The notes under the pieces are model-generated. The model was not told where the DNA came from, ran no database searches, and was given only the letters and a program-made list of their open reading frames with translations. The position numbers and the translations under genes were made by a program. 64,000 nt of DNA. Source: Hadesarchaea archaeon (GTDB lineage: Archaea > Hadarchaeota > Hadarchaeia > Hadarchaeales > WYZ-LMO6). This document shows, piece by piece, positions 57,215 through 64,000 of the stretch. Each line of letters opens with the position of its first letter. The first letter of the stretch is position 1. The DNA lies in contig JAPDJF010000003.1 of NCBI GenBank assembly GCA_029259185.1, positions 14,875 through 78,874 on the forward strand, read 5' to 3'.

Positions 57215-58621
57215 TTATTTCCACTTTTCGGCAAGAAACTTTGGGATCCCGGAGGAATCTCTGGGGCCTATGAGAACCTCCCACTCGAAGTTAAGCAGTT
57301 CCTCCAGTTCGCCTTTGTAGCGAGCGGCCATACCGGGTAGGATGACTTTTCGATGCTTTACTTTTTCTTTAACCCCAGATTCCTTGATGGCTTCCGCTAT
57401 TTTCTCGGCCGTCAGTTTTCTTCCCGCTATCGCCGATTCCACACTTATCCCTTCAGTATCGACAACGATCAGATAGGAAGGTACCTTGGAGGATTCTATA
57501 TCACTCACCACCGTGAAGTAGGTCAGGGCGAAATTAGATGTTACCATGATGGGAGAGTTCTCGCCCACGTCTCCAATAGTTCTCATCCCAGGATCCACGC
57601 TTACAGGCTTTCTCGGATCCGTGTATATGTTTTCCCTCAGGATCACTTGGGGCAGAAGAACCCACATCTCGTCGGATTTCAGTATGAGCAGGTCGGCGTA
57701 TCTCACCATCAATATAGTTGCGAGTGAGGTTTCCATCCACATGTTTGCTTCCGACGTTTTTCCCCCGTCTTCCCAGACTCTCAGAGGAGTTCCGACTAGT
57801 GGAAATCCGACTAGTTCATCCCCGCCTTTTATGGCCGTGTTTCTCAATGCCGTGAAGTTATTTATGGTTTCCTTTATTTTTTCCCCGAAGCTAGCTCCCG
57901 GATCCAGCAGGATGTCTTCGATCCCATAAGCTAGTATCGTTTTGGTTAAGGACTTGAGCATTTTCAGGTTCCCGGGGGAATAAATCGTGAGAGGACACCC
58001 ATACTTCGAGGCGAGTTCTGCCATCCCTTTCCAGTTATCCTCGGTAGCGGCATACAACAACGGCTTTCTTTCGGAAACCGTGCTCAGTGCACGCTCCATT
58101 GTTTTTGGATCCATACACCAGAGGATCAAGGGGAGCTTAGTCATCGATGCTTTCTTCACAGCTCTCTCGAATTTTTCAGGATCATTCGTTACACACCGAA
58201 CAGCTATCATGTCGAGCTTGAGGGTCTTCCCTATGTATGTATATCCAAATTCCTCCACTCTTTTGATTCTTTTCAGGATGTCGATTTCGGACATGTCGTC
58301 ATCGACCGTGATCGCTATCGGCACGGGATTGAAATATCGATACTCATGTCTTCTAACCACGAGTTGACCACCCACCTTCACTTGACTTTCTCCAGTACCT
58401 ATGGTGACCTCCTTAACGGGAGGCTTGAGCATCTCTTGCAGCTTTTGGAGGCTCGCCTTGTACTTATCTTCAAAGAGCTCAGGGCACTCCTCGATCGAAA
58501 TTGTTCGCTCAGCCAGCCTAGCCGCGAAGGCCATACAAACACCGGGTTCACATTTGCCACAGTTGGTCTTCGGCAAAAGCGCGTATATGTCCAAAGGTCC
58601 TATCTTCTTCTTGGCGGCCAA
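57215..58621 (-). CDS. cdhE: Acetyl-CoA decarbonylase/synthase gamma subunit (corrinoid Fe-S protein large subunit).
   Basis: N-terminal CGKCEPGVC 4Fe-4S motif, a TIM-barrel/pterin-binding-like domain and a length of 468 aa. Confidence 0.85.
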   Translation of the reverse strand: MAAKKKIGPLDIYALLPKTNCGKCEPGVCMAFAARLAERTISIEECPELFEDKYKASLQKLQEMLKPPVKEVTIGTGESQVKVGGQLVVRRHEYRYFNPVPIAITVDDDMSEIDILKRIKRVEEFGYTYIGKTLKLDMIAVRCVTNDPEKFERAVKKASMTKLPLILWCMDPKTMERALSTVSERKPLLYAATEDNWKGMAELASKYGCPLTIYSPGNLKMLKSLTKTILAYGIEDILLDPGASFGEKIKETINNFTALRNTAIKGGDELVGFPLVGTPLRVWEDGGKTSEANMWMETSLATILMVRYADLLILKSDEMWVLLPQVILRENIYTDPRKPVSVDPGMRTIGDVGENSPIMVTSNFALTYFTVVSDIESSKVPSYLIVVDTEGISVESAIAGRKLTAEKIAEAIKESGVKEKVKHRKVILPGMAARYKGELEELLNFEWEVLIGPRDSSGIPKFLAEKWK

Positions 58622-58625
58622 GACT

Positions 58626-59804
58626 TCACTCCCCTATCCCTATCCAATCTTGGAAGGTAGGTTCCCCTTTTTCACCCATTAGCCATTTGATGACATCTTT
58701 CATCGTTCGGATGGCAGCTGGATGAAGCGTGATGTACAAATCATTTCCCGCCATGAGCATCGTGAGAGCCATGGCCGCCTCCCACATGGGCCCTCTGTAC
58801 CGCCTCGGCCCGAGTTCGGGCTCCGGTTTCCAAGCCTCTCGAGCACCCCATGCGTTCGCGGTTGCGGATCCCATTGGGCACTGAAGCTCTTCATCCCCCA
58901 TCAAGCCTGCCAAACGTATCCGTTCCATGATCGAGAATGCGTATTCGATCCCGTACCCCAAGGGGGCGGAGGTTGGATCTATTATTACTCTCTCCTTCGG
59001 CACATAATCGAAGAGCTTTCGATTCAGCTCCTTAGCTTGGGCCATGTCGATGGAGGTCCAAGCGAGTACTACATGCCCATGTTTTTTGGCAGCCTCGGCA
59101 ACAGGCTCCCACATGTCTAAGGTAGCCGAGCTCAGCAGGACGCGCTCTCCTTCGCAAGTTTCTGCTACCTTCGGTAGGAGCTTGGCATCTTTCTCCGGGT
59201 TGCCCGAGCCCCCCACGACGAGGGGGACGTCAACCGCCTGAAGGATATTTTCAACTAGCTTGCATGATTCTTCGATGGGCGTATTCTTCGTGTAAGGGTC
59301 ACTACTCACTAGCTCTATGTCTACCATATCAGCTCCAAATTTTTCAACGGCTATCCTAGCCCACTCCACAGGATCCTCTAGTGCATCTCCCAAGACCGTC
59401 TTCACCGGGCCTGGAAGCCTGATAGGCATGTCGAACACATCGCCAGCTATCACGGGGGGGTTTGGGAACTTTCCTTCGAAGAAATGCCAGGGGGGAGCGG
59501 TAGCCCCACCTATTTTTATGACTTTTCCTCTAGTGCCCCCATCGGCCCTCGTGGCTCCGAGTGTTACTTCTGCTATCGATCCAGGGTACTCCTGCACGAA
59601 TGGCGAGAATTCGGTCTCCAAAATCGAACTCGGTTTGGGTAGGGAGGGTGGTGAGGGCAAAACGGTTGGAGCGACTTGAGCCAGCGATCTGAACACAAGT
59701 TTGAGATCCTCAGCGTTGAGTTCTACGTTTTGAAGTTCAAACTCATTGTATTGCTTGAGAAGCTCCAATAAACCATCTATTGGGGTTCTCTCCCCTGCCT
59801 TCAT
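58626..59804 (-). CDS. cdhD: Acetyl-CoA decarbonylase/synthase delta subunit (corrinoid Fe-S protein small subunit).
   Basis: 392 aa CdhD/AcsD-like TIM barrel. Position in the operon. Confidence 0.8.
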   Translation of the reverse strand: MKAGERTPIDGLLELLKQYNEFELQNVELNAEDLKLVFRSLAQVAPTVLPSPPSLPKPSSILETEFSPFVQEYPGSIAEVTLGATRADGGTRGKVIKIGGATAPPWHFFEGKFPNPPVIAGDVFDMPIRLPGPVKTVLGDALEDPVEWARIAVEKFGADMVDIELVSSDPYTKNTPIEESCKLVENILQAVDVPLVVGGSGNPEKDAKLLPKVAETCEGERVLLSSATLDMWEPVAEAAKKHGHVVLAWTSIDMAQAKELNRKLFDYVPKERVIIDPTSAPLGYGIEYAFSIMERIRLAGLMGDEELQCPMGSATANAWGAREAWKPEPELGPRRYRGPMWEAAMALTMLMAGNDLYITLHPAAIRTMKDVIKWLMGEKGEPTFQDWIGIGE

Positions 59805-61252
59805 TCTTTGCCACCCTTTCTCTTCTCAATCCTTCGCACTATGAGCTTCTCAGCGAAAATCTTTGCGTTCTTGAGGATTATCTCGAATTCCATTCCTCCG
59901 GGAACCCCCGAGACGGGCATGGTGATGGTGGGTGCAGTCACTACTTCCGTGGGGGGTGCCGCTTCCTCAGCGGTAGCGGCAACCTCGGCCTCGACACCTT
60001 TTAGCCCCTTCACACCGAGCTTCTTTAGGTGTTCACTCGGTTCGACTATGGGGTGACCATGGGCTTTCAGAAATTCTTTCAGCTCCTCAACGCTTTTCAC
60101 GTCCTCCTCGGTGGGGATCTTATCCACCACATCTGGAGGAATGAAATCTTTGACTCTTTCCTTGGCTTCTTTTGGAATCCAAACTATCCTATACCACCCC
60201 CCATCTGCTTGGAGGAATTTCGGAGATCTCATGTATTCAAACGACAGACCATGGAATCCGTCCACCTGCCTCCCACCTGCGGTCGAGTCGGCCATGGTTG
60301 AGAAAGGCACACCATTTATAGCTGGTCCCTTGAAGTCTCGGTGAACGATTCCGAGTCCATCGACCTCAGGTATGTAGAACGCTATGGCCTCGAAACATCC
60401 ACAGGAAGTGTGGGGGTATCCGAACGCCGTGTATAACCACACCTTCTTGACCTCCCCGAGCGATTTTTCCTTAACGGATTCGTTAGCACCAGTCCATTCT
60501 CCCTTCAACGGATCTATGCACTCCCCTATTTTGACCTCGTATATAGGCCCCTTCGGGTCCACCTTTGCAGCGGCTCTTCCATCGAACCATCCGATGGCAC
60601 CACAATTTGCATACCTCTGAGGCGTTATCACGCACACATGGGTGGGGGCAAAAGACTGGCACAGCGTACACCCATAGAACACGTCTACATCTTCATCCTT
60701 GAGCCCCCTCGCGCGGGCGTCACGGGCATCATAAATTTTTAGAGCTTCTGAATACAGTTTTTCCACTTCAGCGGGATCCGTGTAGAACGTCACCTGAACT
60801 TTCTCTATTATGGGACACTCGCTGTGGTACAACCTGGCGATAACCTTTCCCAAGTGCTCTAAGGTCAGCCCTCTTTGTACAGATTTTTTACTCACCCTAC
60901 ACCATATCGTGTTTCTCTGGTTAAGGTGCATGAACCCCTCAACCCAGTTGGTGAAGTAGTGAAGACGTCTCTCAAAGACTCCCTCCATCTCCTCCTCAAG
61001 ATCTTTTCCGCTAGCTTCGACAATGATGGCGAACGGCAGCTTACTTCCTTCCTGCATGTCCTTGAACTCTGGGCCGACCACCTTTATCTTGCCGTCTTCA
61101 ACTTTGTCGGGAGATTTCACTCGAAAGAGTTCAAACTTATGCTTGATGTCTGGACCGCCCAACTCAGCATGCATCTCCCCCTTTCTTATCCGCTCACCTT
61201 CGTACACAACCCCCACGTCAACGGGGATATCCCCAAACATTCCTGATTTCAT
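59801..61252 (-). CDS. cdhC: Acetyl-CoA decarbonylase/synthase beta subunit (A-cluster, acetyl-CoA synthase).
   Basis: MFGDIPVDVGVVYEGERIRK N-terminus and the C..C..GC A-cluster region (HTSCGCFEAI). Confidence 0.85.
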   Translation of the reverse strand: MKSGMFGDIPVDVGVVYEGERIRKGEMHAELGGPDIKHKFELFRVKSPDKVEDGKIKVVGPEFKDMQEGSKLPFAIIVEASGKDLEEEMEGVFERRLHYFTNWVEGFMHLNQRNTIWCRVSKKSVQRGLTLEHLGKVIARLYHSECPIIEKVQVTFYTDPAEVEKLYSEALKIYDARDARARGLKDEDVDVFYGCTLCQSFAPTHVCVITPQRYANCGAIGWFDGRAAAKVDPKGPIYEVKIGECIDPLKGEWTGANESVKEKSLGEVKKVWLYTAFGYPHTSCGCFEAIAFYIPEVDGLGIVHRDFKGPAINGVPFSTMADSTAGGRQVDGFHGLSFEYMRSPKFLQADGGWYRIVWIPKEAKERVKDFIPPDVVDKIPTEEDVKSVEELKEFLKAHGHPIVEPSEHLKKLGVKGLKGVEAEVAATAEEAAPPTEVVTAPTITMPVSGVPGGMEFEIILKNAKIFAEKLIVRRIEKRKGGKE

Positions 61253-61791
61253 TTTTTCTCCATCCCCTGAGCGATTTTTTCGAGGTTCTTATACCACTCC
61301 TCCACGGGGAGATTGGGAAATGACCAACTACAATGTGGCTGATAAAATCTATTTAAAGATATCGTCTTGAGGTGGGGGGCAAAAGATTTGAGTCCAGAGC
61401 CTACCAACCATTCCATGTAATATGGACCAAGGCCTAGCATCAAGACGAGATCGTGGGGGGCTCCGTTATCCGAAACACTCCACTCCGGATCCGTGAGTCT
61501 CCCCCCTATCTCCATCAGGGACATTCTGGCGGTGGGAGTGAAACCCCTCCTCTTGAACTCTACTACGGTCTGAGCCGTGGCTACCACAGGAATGTTGCCA
61601 CCCTTAGCTATGCGGATCGCATAGTCTATGGGAAATTTACCATTGAATTCGTCTCTCAGTGCTCCCGTCCCTACTATGAATAATGGCTTTTTAGCTTTCT
61701 TCACCAAAGCTGGGACCATCTCGGGTTTGTTTATCACCACAGCTTTAATCGGTCCTGGGATTTCCCCCCTCTGCCATGGTTCGAATGCCAA
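61249..61791 (-). CDS. cdhB: Acetyl-CoA decarbonylase/synthase epsilon subunit.
   Basis: 180 aa CdhB-like protein between cdhA and cdhC. Confidence 0.8.
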   Translation of the reverse strand: MAFEPWQRGEIPGPIKAVVINKPEMVPALVKKAKKPLFIVGTGALRDEFNGKFPIDYAIRIAKGGNIPVVATAQTVVEFKRRGFTPTARMSLMEIGGRLTDPEWSVSDNGAPHDLVLMLGLGPYYMEWLVGSGLKSFAPHLKTISLNRFYQPHCSWSFPNLPVEEWYKNLEKIAQGMEKK

Positions 61792-61794
61792 ATT

Positions 61795-64000
61795 TTATCC
61801 CTCCGACTTGGCTCTCACCAGCCTAGGCAATAATGTGGGATCTGGATTGGGATTTTCGTTTTCTTCCCAGCCCTTTTCCTTCAGGAGGGCCATCACCTCG
61901 TCCTTCATCGTCACCGGAATGTCTGCGATCGTTCGAACAAAAAGGTGAACATCGTCAGGAAGCTCTCCGAAGAATCGCCTATGGAGGTCTATGTAGTGGT
62001 TAAGCTTTATCGCTCTGCCTTTAGTGGTATCACTGGCCCTCATGCAGAGTTTGGGGATCAATACCATAGCTTCCTCCATCGTTTCGGCCGCGATGAACAG
62101 GTGTTCGGGGACTGGGCCGGCGTACGCGCTTTTCCCTGTTCTGGCATCTATGACGTACCAAGCTTCTTTGTCATCCTTTCTGCCAAGGAGCATGCGCCTG
62201 TATTTGGAGCCATGGGGACCAACGATGACCGGAATCCCCAGCCTCCAGAATCCGCTCGCTATGGAGGAGGCTTTTTGGGAATATGCACCCCAAGCCACGC
62301 CAACTGCTCCAACCCTGTTGTGGATGTAATCAGCGATCTCCTCATAGTTTGACCTGAGCTTACGCTTTGCGAATATACTAGCGATCTTTATCGCGGCTCC
62401 AGAGATGTGCGGGTTGGAAACGCACGACCCGCAGTTGATCAGACCACCCGCTTCGAACGCGCCTGGGTATGCCTCATACGGGCTTTGTCCGTTTTCGTCT
62501 TTATACATCCCTATTGACATCGCTGCACACCCGGTCGTGCACACGATGTATCTCCGTTTTGTGAACTCGGATGCCATGATAGGGACTTCCTTCCAGGTTC
62601 CGGGATAGTTCGCACAGCCCACGAATGCCACTACTCCCGGGATCTCCCCCATCACGATCGGCTGACCAACTCTCCTTATCTCGACATCTTGAATCGCACC
62701 CCTACCTGCCCGCATCTTGTGCTTTTCCTCCGCTATCCTACGCTTGGAGGCCCCCACTATCAAGGTGTGGGGATGGATTTGAGCTGGGCATATTCCTTCC
62801 TGTTCACACCGACCACACCCGACGCATGACTCGTACAGCTCGGAAAGCGGCTGCAAGTTCCCTTTGCTGGCCTCCTCTAGGGCTTCGGGGATTGGGAGGG
62901 TATTGGGGCAAACCCTGACACAGGCATAGCACTTTCTGCACTTTTTGGCCTCTTCTATGACCGCAGATTCCTCCGGTACTATTTTGAATTTCTTCCGCTT
63001 GGGCGCGATCGCTGTAGCTACCCTAACGGCCACTTCTCCAGCTTTTTCGGAATCTAGGATAGCCACTCCTGGGACTCTTCCCTCTACCAGATCTCGCACT
63101 ATATCGTCAACGGAATCCCCAGTTCGATCTTGGAGACCTTGGAAGTTTTTGTAATGGGTTGAAATCAGCGGGGCGTGCACTTTCTGGGCTTCGACCACGA
63201 TGTCTGTTCTGATGCACTGCTCATCAACTACTATGACATCCGCAAAACCTGATCGGACGAATCTCAATTGGAAGGAAATCGGCCCCACGATCTTTGCCTT
63301 TTGAGAATACCTCGTGAGATCGATAGCTGTGCAACATATCCCACAAACTTCTATACTGTCTTCCAATCCATGATTTCTCATGTAATCAGCTATCTCTACG
63401 GCCGGCGGCACGTTGTGGCCTATTACGAGAATAACGGGTTTGGATTTATCTATGCACCCCATCCCCACTTCGATGAGCGGTGCATCGGGGTCGGCCTTTG
63501 GGAAACCATAAGTAGAGATCTGTGCGATATCAGCGACTTCCATGGAGACGTGATCGATCATTCCCGCGTGGAACACCTTTGATTCGAAATCTATATTGTC
63601 GCCCTCTTGACCCGTATGACATGAGGAGAGCAAATGTACTATTTCAGTCTCACAGTAGTCGAGCACATCCTCCAAGTCCGCCAGCGTTCTAGGCTTTATA
63701 CCCGTAACCAGCCTAATGTTTGGCGCTTCTAAATACACATTTTCCCCCCCCACATCCAGTGGATGATCTCTGCCGAACTTCGCTATTAGCTCTTCCACCA
63801 TGTGTCGGGCGTGACCACAGTGGGTGGCTGCACCTATGGAGCATGAGAGCAGTACGAATCTAGAGAGTTGGGCTTTCATGTCGAGTCCGCATGCACCTCG
63901 CTTACCCTTGCTCAGATCGCACTTACCAAAAGTACACAAACAGCAGAGATCACACCAGGGGAGGTAAAAGGGTTTATACTTGGTGAGGAGCTTGTGATCC
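61795..64000 (-). CDS. cdhA: Acetyl-CoA decarbonylase/synthase alpha subunit (CODH catalytic subunit). Partial: the frame remains open to the window end.
   Basis: CODH C-cluster and Fe-S motifs, including two ferredoxin-like CxxCxxCxxxCP inserts. The minus-strand frame continues past 63939 (...KYKPFYLPWCDLCCLCTFGKCDLSKGKRGACGLD...) to 64000. Confidence 0.85.
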   Translation of the reverse strand, partial: DHKLLTKYKPFYLPWCDLCCLCTFGKCDLSKGKRGACGLDMKAQLSRFVLLSCSIGAATHCGHARHMVEELIAKFGRDHPLDVGGENVYLEAPNIRLVTGIKPRTLADLEDVLDYCETEIVHLLSSCHTGQEGDNIDFESKVFHAGMIDHVSMEVADIAQISTYGFPKADPDAPLIEVGMGCIDKSKPVILVIGHNVPPAVEIADYMRNHGLEDSIEVCGICCTAIDLTRYSQKAKIVGPISFQLRFVRSGFADVIVVDEQCIRTDIVVEAQKVHAPLISTHYKNFQGLQDRTGDSVDDIVRDLVEGRVPGVAILDSEKAGEVAVRVATAIAPKRKKFKIVPEESAVIEEAKKCRKCYACVRVCPNTLPIPEALEEASKGNLQPLSELYESCVGCGRCEQEGICPAQIHPHTLIVGASKRRIAEEKHKMRAGRGAIQDVEIRRVGQPIVMGEIPGVVAFVGCANYPGTWKEVPIMASEFTKRRYIVCTTGCAAMSIGMYKDENGQSPYEAYPGAFEAGGLINCGSCVSNPHISGAAIKIASIFAKRKLRSNYEEIADYIHNRVGAVGVAWGAYSQKASSIASGFWRLGIPVIVGPHGSKYRRMLLGRKDDKEAWYVIDARTGKSAYAGPVPEHLFIAAETMEEAMVLIPKLCMRASDTTKGRAIKLNHYIDLHRRFFGELPDDVHLFVRTIADIPVTMKDEVMALLKEKGWEENENPNPDPTLLPRLVRAKSEG

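Noticed and set aside
1-64000. CRISPR arrays or rRNA genes.
   Set aside because: No short regularly spaced direct repeats were found anywhere. No stretches resembling 16S/23S/5S conserved cores were seen by eye.

Overview
This 64-kb window appears to be archaeal and thermophile-like; the 55-57% GC figure is a rough hand estimate from a few lines. The coding content is mostly housekeeping genes plus central C1 metabolism. One block holds valS, pyrH, aRF1, archaeosine tRNA-guanine transglycosylase, archaeal SAM synthetase and the HMG-CoA synthase/thiolase/DUF35 trio. It continues with TrmI, secF/secD, dapB, asd and a complete trpEGDCFBA operon. The right third is a C1 supercluster: a corrinoid protein, an RACo-type corrinoid activase, mvhD-fdhA-fdhB and a complete cdhABCDE acetyl-CoA decarbonylase/synthase operon. 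cdhA runs off the window end. Three regions look accessory. (i) 1.9-3.5 kb holds a MITE-like IS200/605 derivative, two ~95-bp direct repeats, a GC-rich segment with no credible ORF, and a tRNA-Val(GAC) with a 24-nt intron at a non-canonical D-arm position. A solo Cas4-like nuclease gene follows at 3.7-4.4 kb. (ii) 44.8-48.7 kb holds a chimeric element with a frameshifted IS607-type serine-recombinase tnpA, and a TnpB pseudogene element with an internal deletion. Both sit 3' of TTCAT, whose complement is the ATGAA start of the neighbouring gene. (iii) Two related ~200-270-nt repeat families (five copies in all) look like structured RNAs or MITEs. I also flag a gene cluster of secreted/membrane proteins with an HTH protein. 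A radical-SAM/HDAC/radical-SAM/methyltransferase/ferredoxin cluster and a W/G/Y/P-rich micro-ORF behind a perfect palindrome next to nikR are flagged too. No CRISPR array and no rRNA were seen. Organism identity is uncertain (methanogen-like euryarchaeon or related lineage). All functional calls come from reading the translated ORFs and motifs by eye; no database search was run.
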